A stretch of DNA of 64,000 nucleotides. It comes from Amoebophrya sp. A120 (lineage: Eukaryota; Protista; Dinoflagellata). Each line of letters starts with the position of its first letter. Positions within the stretch are counted from its first letter, which is position 1. A model generated the notes under the pieces. That model was not told the origin of the DNA. It saw only the letters and a program-made list of their open reading frames with translations, and made no database searches. Location: NCBI GenBank assembly GCA_905178155.1, contig CAJINV010000009.1, positions 2,829,373 through 2,893,372 of the forward strand, written 5' to 3'. This document shows, piece after piece, positions 49,106 through 62,400 of the stretch. A program made the translations under genes and the position numbers.

Positions 49106-52100
49106 GATCTTAGTCCTGGGCAGGGATGTTTCGAGGTGCAGATGCTTGGTTCTCAGCATGACAGACGCCAGCCTTGCTGTAGCAGGCTTATCAAGAGCAT
49201 GATCATACACCTCCTGCATTATGCAGCGGACCATCTGTGGCGCGCAGTTGCCTTCAGGTTGCAAGACGAAGACCTGGGCGATCAGTGGTCACAAATCTAC
49301 ACTGCATAATTTCATTCAGACGCGCACCCTTCCGGTATGGGGAGGGAGGATTTTCCCTTTCGATAGCATCGAACCCGACCGCTATTCCAGATAGTATGAC
49401 AGCACACAACCCCCCCATCATTATGCAAAGAAAACAGCGCTACTTCCAGTTACGCATTGCGTTGAAGGCCTAACAAGGCAAACGAGTTCTGTCATGCCGG
49501 ATATGCACATCAGCAGCGTGGCCGGATATACACAGCAGCTGGGACATCGTTCAGCCTGCTTCTGTCGCCCGCATGGCCGGGCAGAAAATTTTGCGGGCTG
49601 AGGGGGGTAGTTGCCTACTGTCATACATTCTTGTAGTTCTTTTTCGCATTGTTTCACCCTGTCGAGGCGATCTTGCCTCTTCCCGTGCTGCTTTTCGAGT
49701 ACGTGGCTGTATCACACAGAAAAGCAGTGGCTCGCCCGTTGTAGTGCGTAGAAGTGGAGGGCGCTGCAGCACTAAAAAAAGTGCAAAAAGGAGTACAAAT
49801 AGCTTCTACCTACGTAGACAATTTTTTCTCGTGCACATAAAGAGCGCCACTCTCTCTATGCGCGAAAGTGGAACCCATGAAAAGGCCGCAAAAAGTCTCT
49901 GTGCTCGACAGAAAAGAGGCACTTTGCTGGTGTTCTTTGTTTGTGCGATGGCAAAAATTGCATGACAAGTTCCGGCATCTATCGCGAGTGCGCTTTTCAT
50001 TCTGTGATATCTCCATGTGCGCTCCTTGTTGCGGGATCGTGTCCGCACTAACTCGTCCCTCCGCATAGGCAATATCTCACAACGAAAAAAGCCCCGTCCC
50101 CACCTGCTACAAACTTGAAATAATGCCACGAGGCGACGTCTAGACGAGCACGCAGGTAGTGCGGCCGTGCTGTTTCTTTTTTTGGGCGGGGAAGTCGCCG
50201 CCCCTCTATGTCTTTGTGTCCGCCATGCCCACGCGCATAACATCGCTCCGCGTGCAGGGCGTGGCGCACCACAAAAGTCGCGAGCAAAAGTGGCGGCCCC
50301 GTTGCTTTCAAAAGCGGGGCGCCGTCGTGCATGCTAGGGCCTCCGCCGAGGCCGGGCCCTTGGTCACCCAAAGTCGGGCCAATAGCATATAGCCTTGCTG
50401 CCCGTCAGCGAAGGCGGAAGGCGGCACGCTTAGGCTTTGGCCGGCTTTCCTTTTCTTTAGTGCCTTTCCCAAAAAGCTTCGCTTTTTCAAAGCGCCTCGC
50501 TTTCTGCTGTCTTTCCCCGCCCTGCAAGCTAACAAGCTGCCGACTTTGGTAGCCGCTTTCGCCTTCGTTCCTGGACAGCACAGGCGAGCTGGAACAAATA
50601 CGGCCGAGGTTATGCGGATTTCGCCTCTTCCCCCCGGCATTGATTTCCTGGCGCCCGTTTGTGGGCACCCCAAAGCAGAAGGAATGCGACGTCGATTTGG
50701 GAAATTCAAAACATCAAGGCTCAAAGTTTGCAAATGGAGCAGAGCAAAGCTTTTGCGTTGGGCGAATTTCCTCCGGGGACGGAAGCTCAGCAATAGGGCC
50801 TTTACTAGCACGATCTGCCACACTAGCTGCGGCCTGCTGCTCATGACATGCGCTCGCAAAAGTACATATGCCTTACAACAGCGCTGGCGCACTAGTAAGG
50901 ATATAATCGCATGAAGGTTGATTTGGTGTATAGTTGACTTTTTCATATAAGGTTGAAGGGCAGAGTCACGTAAGAAAGCGGTCCCCACATGATATCTCTA
51001 TTCTCGGTCCTTAGCAATAGCAAGCAAGAAACACGACCGACATAGGATTCATGCTTCGAGTCCAGGCTCTTTTGGATGGACGGCGGGTGGGGGGGAACAT
51101 TCAAAGCAGCCGAAGGCTTGGAGACGTTTTGTAGTAGGCATAGGGACAGGGGGCATTGTTTCGGACGATAGAGCTTCCCCTTCAGCATTGTTCCGGTATC
51201 ATACAGAAAAGCACACCCAGCACACCCATACCATGTCAAAAAATGTTTGCGCTCCTGTTTGCGGTGTCACAAGAAGCGTACTCCCACCCTGGCTGACGGT
51301 GATTGTTCATTATGCTTTAAGGGTAGGAGCTCGTCCCTTTGCGTTTGCCTTTTCTACGGCTACTACAAGCAACGAAGCGGAAATAAAGCTACGCTACCGC
51401 TAGATTCTATCGAATTATAATGCTCCTGAAGCGCTTCTTGCGTGCATGGACGTGAAATCTCGAGGCCTTTTGTAAGAGCGGCGCCGGTAAATGATGCAGA
51501 CGAGACGCGCAAAGCAGCAAGCACAACGAGCAACATGGGGCAGGGTCCATGCAGCAGGAGCCAGCTGCCCCGCTCAGCATGACAAGGAAATTCATCGGGC
51601 GGCGTCTTGGTCTTCTCTAAAAATCTAAAATCAATGTAATCATTCTCTTCCTGGTCCGCATTTTATTTACCCTCTCAATTAGAATGATAAAAGACTGCCT
51701 GTTCTGCGGCTCTACAGACAGCAGCACGCACTTTATTTTGACAGAAAGAAAGCCACGCAAATCGGATTTCCCCTGGTGTGGGAGATGTGGGTGTGCTTGT
51801 TTTCTGTGGGATACTTTGTAGTGCCCGAGTATCTCCGCATCGAGGTCCGCTATCGTGTGGAAAAACGTCCCCGCCCCACCATTGTCCAGACGCTTGGAAT
51901 TTTGCTACATCGCAAGCTAGTGCAGCCGCATCGCGAGCCGACCACTTCATGCTGATTCTAGCATGATGACAAGCATCCACGAGACAGCATTTGACACTGC
52001 TCCTCATTTACATTGTAGGCGTGCAGATTTCCATGATATAGCGCCAGCCATGCTCCGGCTAACGCCGGGGCCAGACTGTTAATCGATCAGACCACAGCGC

Positions 52101-53149
52101 CGCGGTTCTCCGCACAACATTCAAGATCAAGACCGACTAGAGCTCCGGCGCCTGTTTCCACCATGCCAACCCATCGGACCACTTGCACGCTTCCCGCGCC
52201 TTCGGGCGCTCTGCGCCCGCGGGGGGCAGCTGCAGCGAACATCATTGGGGGCGAACAGAGCCCGTCCGGGTGCTGAAGCGGACCTCTGTTCTGCTTTTTT
52301 ATAAATCGCCGGCCCGCGCCCAACTTCGCGGCGCCGCCTGTTGCTGGCGCGAGGGAGAGCGTGGCGCGGGAGAGTGGCGCGAGAGGTTGGCGCGAGGGTT
52401 GGGCGGTGGAAGGCCCATCGCAGTCCCGTAACCGGCGCACCACCATGCGGATTAGCAATTTCCTTACCCTCTCGCCCGCCCTCTTCGTGACCTCTATCGG
52501 GGGTCCCCGCTAATAGTCGGGCTATATTACTCGCGGGCAGAGGGCGACAGAGGTGGCCGGGAGGTCGCCGAGAGGTTGCGCGAGAGGTCTCCCCTTATTC
52601 GCGCAACCCCTCGGCGCCTCTGTCCACCTCTCGCCCGCCCTCTTTTCTACCTCTCTGCCACCTCCGTGCCGCTTGCTTCGCGGCCCCAAAGGGCGGCCCC
52701 TCTGGTGGGCTATAATCGACGCGCCGCCCCCTCTACTCGGCCACCCTCCCGAACTACTTCCCGCGCCACCCCTCCACCCCTGTCGACCTCTCGTCTACCC
52801 TCTCTAGACCGATATTTTTACTCTCGCATGAATACAATATTTTCGCATGAGTACGTAGATAGTAATGGGCTTGGAACGTTTTTCCAAAGCAGGATAATAT
52901 CCTTTATACCTCCCGCTCCCTCGACACTCCCGTTCGCGCCGAACTGCCATATCAGGTTGGAACTTTGCAGAATGGCAATCAAATTCGAGGTGTCGCGCAA
53001 TAAGAAGTAGACTAATAATAGCGATAGCATGTATATCTATGGGATGAACCAGGCGTAAATCAGGCGCCGCACCCTGGGACCAGGTATCCTATGGGCCAGC
53101 TACCCGCCGGGGGAGCCCGGAATTCTGTGAGCGGGCGGAGCAGGGTAGT

Positions 53150-53352
53150 CCGGCGGCTGGCGTCAGACGGCCGCACCGGGTGTCGGGCGGCGAAACCGGG
53201 AACCGGGCCGGGCTTCAGACCGCGGCCAGGCCGCGCGGCAGCTGGCCAGAGAGACCAGGCGCCAGACAGGCGGCCAGGCCTGGCGTCAGACGGGCAGACT
53301 TGGACTGGCTTTAGACGGGGAGACCAGGCCTGGCGTCAGACGGGCAGACCAA
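53150..53352. repeat. Short degenerate tandem repeats (CCAGGCCTGGCGTCAGACGGGCAGAC)
   Basis: Unit present twice exactly (~53273, ~53324) plus several degenerate copies. Confidence 0.6.
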
Positions 53353-54579
53353 GCGGCGGATTCGCGTTTCTCTTTTGTATATCCGATTTCTACGAATTAG
53401 TACGGTACTACTATTGCAATGTATACGATTTATGCGCTTCGCAAATTCCTTCCATTTTGTCTATTTCCAACCTGGCGCTTCCTTATGCCATTAGCGTTTT
53501 CGTATATGCATTGCAAATCCGTCTGGGTCTAGGGATTTGTGTTGCTGAATGCCGCATCGCATAGTATCCGCCTGTAAGGCATAAGAGCATCGCAAGTTTT
53601 GCGACGCAGATCGCATATTGATATTCATTCGCAACACGCATGGCAAACTGATCTCCAGCATGCACGTGCACGACAAAAAAAAATGGCCGATCATATATAT
53701 GAATCTTGTCATCCTTCTCCATGTCCATTTCCTTCATCGGATCTCGCGTTACAAATCCAGCACCAGACAAATTTGCAGTGCATAGATATGGTACACGTAC
53801 AACTTGGAGAAGAGTTTGCCATTACAACAACTTCTACAGTTTCCTAATCGTGTTTGTTCAGGTGCAGCGCATAGACACGAGGTGCACGTGCAGGCTTCTA
53901 TGCAAAAAAGTGTGAATCATAGAATATTAAGTAACCTGTGACGTCGTCGCACGAATGCCGAAAGTTATCACTTCCTGTTCCTGCTACAAATAAAAGTGCC
54001 GCACTCCTCATCATGGGGCGCGGGCATCAGGAAGCCTGCGCAATCTCTGGAATGCTTTTGCGTGCATTGCCTATTTCTTTCGGAGAGCATGAGCATATAA
54101 TAATAAATATGACATATTTATATGCTCATGCTCTCGACTACATCAAAAGTCTGAGAAAGGCACGTGCTTCGTAAAACAAAACACGTGAGAAAATCTTTCT
54201 AGTATGTAGCACACTTTAGTAGCTTCGCATCAGGTTTACACTGCGACAGATTCTATTTCCGATAGAAGAAAAAAACGCGAAGCCTGTAGCTGTACCTGCC
54301 CGTCGTCATTATCATAATTGTTCAGAGTGCGTTCCACTCGTTCACCGCGTATGCAAAGAAAAACGTGTTGCAGTTACAGTTGTACAACGGGTTCTTTCTT
54401 CTTGCAACACCAGGAGCACAAACAACCTTTGTCATGCGAGACCTGCTGAGCGGCCTAGTACCAGTAGTACCTTTATTTTGAGAAGGTCTCCGCACTGCAA
54501 CTTTTCTTCATTTTGCGGGGCAAGGCTGTGTTGCTGTTGTTGTGCGTGTGACAGCAAATGTGTAGTGAACTGTAGCCCT

Positions 54580-54833
54580 TATGGACTTCTCAAACGTTAC
54601 ATAGTCAGCGGCTACATGGATTTGCGATGCACGAATAGCAAAAGTGAAAGGAAAGACGAAGCGATTGCGTGTCTTGCATTACAGGAGGCAAGTAATCCGG
54701 CACGGATTCTGCTGCAGCTACTGAGCGCGCCGAGAACTTGTCATGCGGGCAAGCAGCTTGCGTGTGATGCTGATGGTAATTCTGCATGAAAATTCACGCA
54801 ACAGCTGACCATGCAACGTTCGAGAATCCCATA
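54580..54833. mobile_element. Family B TIR element (254 bp)
   Basis: TATGGACTTCTCAAACGTTAC...GCAACGTTCGAGAATCCCATA; DR degraded. Confidence 0.7.
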
Positions 54834-56766
54834 GCTCATCTCTTTTCTTGTTGGATATGGCGCCGCATTCGGTCCGCCTCTTTCCTTCGTTCATCTGCTG
54901 CCTCCGGATCTCGAAAAAAGGATGCACTATGCAACACGAATTTATCGCACAAGTACAGAAGGTATGCAATGAAAATAAAGCATCGCGCTAGTATATTAGT
55001 AAAATGAAAGTAGCTTCACCTAGTTATTATGCAGACGGGCCTATTGTACGTGTGCGGCAAAGTTTCTGTGGATATCCAGTACCTGCGGAAGCGATTAAGT
55101 ATATTGAACAAAGGCTGTTCTTTGTTGAACAAGAGGCAGGCTAGCTTCTCTGCATCGCAAGCAATAGTCTGGGTCTGGAACAAAAGTGATCGCGATCAAC
55201 TGGGCCCGATACGGAGGACATTTGGCAAAAAAATTTTCCAGACGATCATCTTCTGTTTATGTTTATCATATCAGTACAATCGCGTGTTTCGAAAGATGCA
55301 TGACAAACAAGCTCACTCTTTCAGACGGACCCAGATCGATACTTATTGAGTTTTTGCAATTGTATTTCTTGGTAGAATCCGCTTCCGCATGCAAAGATCA
55401 TGTAGATCGTATGTAAGAGCTTTCCCGGGGCGTGAATCCGTCGCGCAAGAGTTTACTTCCATGCACTTGCTACGAACACGAAGACGAGGACACTTCCTTC
55501 CTTGCAATATATACAATTCCAAGTCTAAAAATATCTCACCCGGAAGTTTTGGCACACCCGCAGTCCCCGTCAATGGTCCCCGTCTTCTCAAACGCAAAAA
55601 ATTCGCCGGCGCTAGCACCGTCATTATTCAGCATCTTTTCTTCTGACTGTCATGCATCAACGCGCGTGACATCCTTCGTTAGTGAGCAAGCTCTTAGTTT
55701 GATTGTGCGTGATTAAGTAATGCATCATGACATTGTGCGTGTGTAAGTGACAACAACAAGGGCGCAGCGTTACTCATGCTGCACCCTTGCTGTTGCGCTT
55801 GGGCGGAACCGGAAGAGTCGGCAAATCGCCTCATTCTATTTGGAGGCGAGCAACACCGGGAGGCGATCGCCAAGTTGTCTTTTCAGGTTTTTTCATGACC
55901 TATTTCTTGCATTTTGCTACTGCGCCTTGGTCGTCGTTATGTACAACATGCCGGCGCCGGTCTACGTCAACATCGCTATCGTCTTTTGAAGAATGTAGCC
56001 CCGGAACTTTGCTCAAATTGGACAAGTCCACGCGGCCCTTCATACACGAACAACAACAATGCCGACGCCCGACCCGTTTCCAATACTGCACGCGCCCCTG
56101 GGCCCCCTTCTAATCCTTCTTTTTTCGCCGTTCCTCCAACGGGGCCGGGGCACGAGGACTCAGAGCGCTCACGCTCCCGAAGTCGCGCGCTTCTGCAGGG
56201 GGGGATGGGTCGAGAGGGGGGGGATATAGTATGGACGGCGAATTCCGGTGCCTTTTTGTCGAAGGCCAAGGCGCCAGTTTCTGAGGAAGTGCAGGGGCTT
56301 CTCTTAGGCTGTCCACAAATCGCCGCGAGGGGGTGCCCGGAAGGGCGGTCCAGAAGAGGGAACCAGAAGAGGGAAAAAGTGCACCGACATCCCGTGGGCG
56401 GCAGTGCCACTGCGGCCCCCTTGGCCTTGCCGAGGACCACCGTGGGGCCGGTTGCTGGCCGCAGTCGTCGGTGCGTTCATCGACGACGGCCCGGCAGCCT
56501 GCGGCAAATAAACGCACGCCACCAAGGCGCTGCCACCTTTTTCACGCCCTGCTCTTGATGTCCTTTGAGACTGGAACTAGTATCACGGCTCCTGCTGTGA
56601 CAAACGTTTTTAAGCACAACTAATGTATATGTTTGTTTTATGCTGCCCATCCCGATCTCACCTGTAGTTTCCGCAATATAACAGATAGAAGTAGCTGCAA
56701 AAATCGCCCAAGAATAAAACCTGCAAAAAATAGTGAGTAACAGCGGCAAATTTTTTTCTTGTCGTA

Positions 56767-57510
56767 TCTGCTAACCTGCTTCGGTGCTCCTCCACAAACT
56801 TGTTGAGCGCGGGGTGATTTGGAGGTGGCCCCTTGGGTTGCGGTGTTCCTCCACCTTCACCAGCCGCAGTCGCTGCCCCGGCAGAGCTGCAAGCAAGTCC
56901 CGCTACCGCAGAAGAGGAGATCCTCACTAGCCGCCGCCACGATGGTATCCAGGAAAAAAAGTGTGTAAGTGTAACTTTCTTTGAGAAACAGCATCACAAA
57001 TTTGCTCTACATGACAGAGAAGACATGTCATGCGTGGCTTGTAGGGGAAAACACAGTTGAAAAGAGGACTTCGTGGCTGTCTGGCATGACAGGAGTAACT
57101 CTGTTGCATGTTCTGCAACACAAATTTACATTTACACAGTTTTTTTCTTGCATAGATGGAATAGGAATTGTTGTCGTACGCCGCATGTTCTGTATGGAAG
57201 CGTCAGGATCGAAATCGTCAGAGTTGAAATAATTTGTCATGCATAAAATGCAGACCACAAAATGCCTGTCTTGCAGAGTAGGCAAGTGAGGCAGATTGTA
57301 AGCCTGTTGACGGGTAGAAAGTGAGCCGCTACAGTAGCATTACAAAAGGCGTCTTCCTTACCAAACACCATGACAAACTGGATTTAGGTTCTACCAAAAT
57401 TTGTCACGCGCCACTTAGAAACTGGGTTACACCTGGCATCCAATTTAGGCATGGCAAATTATTTCACCTTTGTCGATTTCAAACCTGACACATCCATATT
57501 CTGCATCTTG
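56767..57510 (-). CDS. Three exons of a hypothetical protein (possible N-terminus)
   Basis: After removing 57193-57498 and 56946-57154: KMQN|MRRTTTIPIPS|WRRLVRISSSAVAGLACSS...NKFVEEHRSRLAD. Confidence 0.6.
56946..57154. mobile_element. Introner-like element, family D (209 bp)
   Basis: TATCCAGGAAAAAAAGTGTGT...ACACAGTTTTTTTCTTGCATA; perfect DR GATGG; colinear with 63349-63562. Confidence 0.9.
57193..57498. mobile_element. Introner-like element, family C (306 bp)
   Basis: TATGGAAGCGTCAGGATCGAAATCG...CGATTTCAAACCTGACACATCCATA; perfect DR TTCTG. Confidence 0.9.
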
Positions 57511-58382
57511 AAGGTAGAAGTGGGAGTCCTCGGTTTCTTATGGATACAAGAGGTAAAAATGAGGCAGGTCGGTCCCCCCTCGGTAGTTTTTGCTTTGAAT
57601 TTGAAACAAGGAACGGTCTCCGATAGATTAAAGTTGTTTAAAGTTACGATTCAATGAGACGAAGAAGAACAAGAAGACAAGAACGAAGTGTGGTATGAAA
57701 AAAGTAGAATTAGAATGTGTACGTAAAAAAGTTGGGTTAGGTAAATTGAAAAATGAAAACAAAACGCATCAGTTGGGAGGAACTGCAGACAAGGCGGTTT
57801 GGGATGGTCGTAGGTTTTTCTTTTTGCTGAGTCATTCCTATTCAAACCGGTACTACACGATCTGAAAGATCACGAGGAACTAGTACGATGGAAGATGCGC
57901 CGTATACAAAATGCTTTATTCCGGTCCACGAGAGGACAACGGCAGCCGTAGAGTTGTAGTACTAGAGAGTACTACAGCACTCTACATCTACTGCGTTGAG
58001 ACTGACATATGCTTTTGTCACGCACGAAAAATTCATCTACCTGAGGAAACGAGGACCGAACGAAGAGGGAAACCGGCTGCACAGAAACGATTTTTGTTTT
58101 TTTTTTTTGAACGACCGATAGTTGTACAACATCCACAGGCCTTTTTACTTTGAGCTCGCACGAGGTGGAAATCACTTCTTCTTGCACGACTTCTACACAG
58201 TCACAGACGCACAGCTTCACAAGTTGAAGCACGATGACCGAGAAATTTTTTTTTCGTCGTCGTGTACGTGGGTGATGTGTACGAAAACATGTTCGTGATG
58301 TACACACAGGAGGCTTACGCTAGGGTACGAAGATGCAAATCTGAAACCGAGCTCATATTATACGAAGATGCAAATAACCGAG

Positions 58383-58688
58383 TACGCGTTGCAAATTAGA
58401 TGTGGTCTGGGTCTGGAAGACTTCCCATGCTTGTAGTGATGTGGGGGCATGATGATTGTGATTCTACTTAACTCTATGACGAATCATGCTCCTTGGGCGC
58501 AAAAAAATCCTCTTGCCTGTCCTACAAAAATGGAGCCTCACATGCGGAACAATACGCAACTACACGCGGACGCTCAAATAAACCTTGTCATGCTTGACCA
58601 ACTACTGGCTCTACAGTGAGCTCAGCTTAAATATTCACAGACCTGCATCTTGACAAGTTTCCAGACCCAGACGCACTTGCATTTGATA
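58383..58688. mobile_element. Introner-like element, family A (306 bp)
   Basis: TACGCGTTGCAAA..GTCTGGGTCTGGAA...TTCCAGACCCAGACGCACTTGCATTTGATA; DR CCGAG/CCGAC. Confidence 0.8.
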
Positions 58689-58746
58689 CCGACGAGAGTT
58701 CAGCTACGAGTACGACCGGGACCGACGAAAAAATAGGAAAAAAATC

Positions 58747-58983
58747 TATGCAAGAAATAAAACTGTGTACACGTCCATTTATATAGAGTGAGTCTGTGAC
58801 GCAAAGCATGCAGCACACTTGTCATGCCATGTTGAGACCGTATGATCATTTAAGTTTAACTGCATATTTATGTGCTTTGTTTTCACGCATTGGCTGTGCG
58901 GTATGACAGGCTTTCTCTGTTAGGCAAGAGAAATTTGTCGTGCTGTCAGTCACGACCCCAGGACACCGTTTTTTTCTGGGATA
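58747..58983. mobile_element. Family D TIR element (diverged)
   Basis: TATGCAAGAAATAAAACTGTGT...ACACCGTTTTTTTCTGGGATA; DR not matched. Confidence 0.65.
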
Positions 58984-59472
58984 CACATATACAACAAGCT
59001 TACTTACTTCATCTTCCTCTACAAAAATGCATAGCGAGGGACATACTTTCCGTTCCAGCATACACAGTTCCAACCGCTGGCCTGAAAAAGAACCGCTAAG
59101 GGACGATGATAAAAGCTAAAGCACAGTAGGCTTATTAATTTACGCGCACAGCTGCCAAGCAATTCCATAAAGTTGCACCGCCCCCCGGACAATTTTCCGC
59201 AGGACCGTACGTAGTTGTCGCTGCATTTCGTCTCAGTTCGTGTTTCCGCCCCCAAAGCGGAGTCACGAGATGAGTCAGCTCGCTCCTCCGGGGGTGTGCC
59301 TTCCGCTCGTCCTCGGAGCTGTTCCACACTTCACAGAATCGACCGCAACCGATCCCGAGGGCTGGCTTCGATCCTTCCTGGGGGGACCTGGACGCAGCTC
59401 ATCCAACTGGTATCGATTTTATGCATTGCAAATCATTTCAACTTTGTCGACTTCGATCCTGACGCGTCCATA

Positions 59473-62400
59473 GTACTGCTGGTATCTTGTTGATCCACAT
59501 TGATTTATAGGTTGTGATACCTTCGAATTCGCACGTCTTGAGTTGCATGTCCGGCACGTCTTGAGATGAATTTGTACTGTCCTTGCATGGAGGCCGACAA
59601 AAGCGCAGCTCCTCTTGAGGTCATGCAACAACGGCATTTGATGCATCTGTCTTGCGCGCCATGTCGCATATTTCTTAAGAGCAGCAGCGAAGCCTTCTAG
59701 AAGCTTGTTGTCAAGATCCTTCGCTGCGCTCGCAATCAAAAATGTTCCAGTTCCTCACATCAATCGATCCTGGCATCACAAAACTCCGGACCCAAATCGA
59801 AATTTTTTGCATTTGATACTTATCTACGCATTTATCTTGCCGATGTAGCAACACAGATTTTTTGTCTGCAGCATGGAAACCTGCCAGCTCCAGCATACGA
59901 AGATTGATCTGTCATAAGTGATGTTGAACACAAGCACGGAGGACCAAATACGCAGTACTTACCGGGCAGCGTCTGAGCAAAAGTTCGCGCATAACTGCAA
60001 ACATCTGAGCTCCTTGCCGCTGTCAAGCTTGTTGTAGTGCAGTGGGTTGTGTATCTTCAAGGAAAACTACAGGAAAAAACATTTTCTGTAGTAGTACGAT
60101 CTGACAGCAACATCACAAACTGAGCACTAGCACATCATACAGTTTGAATTTTCCAGGAGCGATGTCGCTCAAATAAACAAGTTAGACATGACGAAGACGA
60201 CCATGACCACGGCAGACACCAGTTAAAAATGTCATGCTTCTTCTAGAATGAGAATTGTGAAATACACCAACACAAATGATATTGAAAATAGCAGGCCGAC
60301 TGGGCTGCGCTGCTATGTTATGTTATAACCTGCGCAGGTGTTAGAATCTCAATTTACACAGTTTTGTCTTGCATGAAGAGCATGAAAAACATGCGCACAG
60401 CCTTGCACTTTTCGCAATACAAACAAACGTTTGAGATTGTAACACCTGAGCGGGCCATATATGTCTACTGTGCATCATCTCCGTGATCTTCTTCTTCTGC
60501 CTCCACCTCTATGGAAGTGTCAGAATCGAAATCGATAAAGTACTAGCGGAGAAAAAGATTTGCAATGCATAAAATGCAACCATAAAATGCAATGCACAAA
60601 GTAAAAGTGCCTCTCTTGCGGGGATGGCAAATAGTCCGGCTGATTGTCCGCTAGTTTGGCTTTGGGATCCTCTGATATAATAGAGCTGCTAAAGTACTAG
60701 CAGGGCCATTCTGTGCCCAAACCAACAGCGCGACAGATTGGATTCCGATGCAGCTGCCAAAATCTATCATGCGCCATTTGAAAACTGGAATCCAACAACC
60801 GGCATCCACTTATTTTTGCATTGCAAGTTTTCCTATCTTTGTCGATTTCGATCCTGACGAGTCCATAACGGCCGTGTCTGCCGCGCTACTATGGGACTCT
60901 CAAGAAGCGTTAGTACTTTGTTTGCTGTTACATGAAATTGTGCTGCAAGAAGAGCGAAAGTGAAATAGAATTAGAAATGCAAATATATTCATAAATCCTC
61001 TCGCATTTTACAAATCCGGCACAGAAAATTTCCATGCTATTTGGACCTTCGAGAATCTGTCATGCGAAGTAGTCTGAAGATCGTGCGGAGGCTTCTAGTA
61101 CGAGATCATGGTAAAAATTCTGGAGGGTGAGAGATGATTGATAAAAGCAAACTATGTAGCCGCGTTTGAGGGTTGTCCCAACATACGGCTCCGTGCCTGG
61201 TTCATCTGGGGCTGGTTTCGGCTTGTTTTTTTCACCGTCATTTTTCGACGAATTTGAAACTCCTTTAGCAGCTTGGTCCTTGTCCCCTGCTGGGCTAGCT
61301 GCGTTTGCCGCTAGTCCTCTGCATAATGCATTGCAAATATGTCTGGGTCTGGAAAGTTGTGACCACGCATATCAGTGAATAGAAAGCACACTGTATCTGT
61401 AACGCACCGCAATAAAGCATCACAGAATTTCAATTTTCAGTCGCTTCGTGTCGCGTATTCCGCATGGGACTAAAACAGCGTCTTTGCATGGTAAACAACC
61501 CGAGCTCCTGCTGGCTACGCGATACAGAGCTCGGTGCCATTCACGACCAGCATGCCAACTCTCGCATGCTTCCAGACCCAGACATATTTTCAATCCATAT
61601 GCTCCACTCTTCGTTGATTTTGTGTTCCAAATATTTGCCCAACTATGAAAGTGCACGACTCCCCCTCCCCCTCAGTTGTCAAGCAAAAGCCCAAATCCAG
61701 TCGCTGCCTTGCGGCACCGTTTGCATGACAAATTTCGGGGGCCCAAACGGTAAACAGTAGCAGTACCACAGTTGGTGCATAAAAAATTTCATTTGTCACG
61801 CACGGGCTCCAAGGTCGTCAGTGGCGTTTGTGTTGCTCCTGTTCATGCCATGCAACAAAAGAGGGCAGGGGGGGGTTGTGCACTCTGATACCAACACTGC
61901 GAGAGCGAGAAAAAGACCGGGGTGCAGGAAGAATAGCACTCGGCCTCCCGCCTGAGGCAGGAGAGAACCAAGGGAGGGAAACAGGTTGACCAGCACGTCC
62001 TTCATTTGAAACGCCGGCTCGTATTCCAGCTCGAAGGTAAGGAAAAAGCGGACGGCAAAGCATTGCAAAGAAAAGGGCCCCCTTCCCAAATTGATGAATC
62101 AACACGCATCTTCCTTCCGAAATTCTGCGAGGCGGATTTGTGGCCATAAATCTGCATTGCAAGAAGACAAATCCAGAGAGCAGTCCGCCGGCGTGTCAAT
62201 ATACAACTGCAGACGAAGATTTGTAACGCTGTGAGGCCAACAGGCACAGGGCAGACCTCTGCCATAGCCGTGCTAAGTGCCTCCACAAAAAGATCCCTGC
62301 CTAAGGCTTAGGTGGATCTGTGCGCAGGAGTCCTGCTCTCATCTCTACTGCAAGACAAACTCGATTTTCTCTTCCGCACGTATATGATCCCGCATCATAG

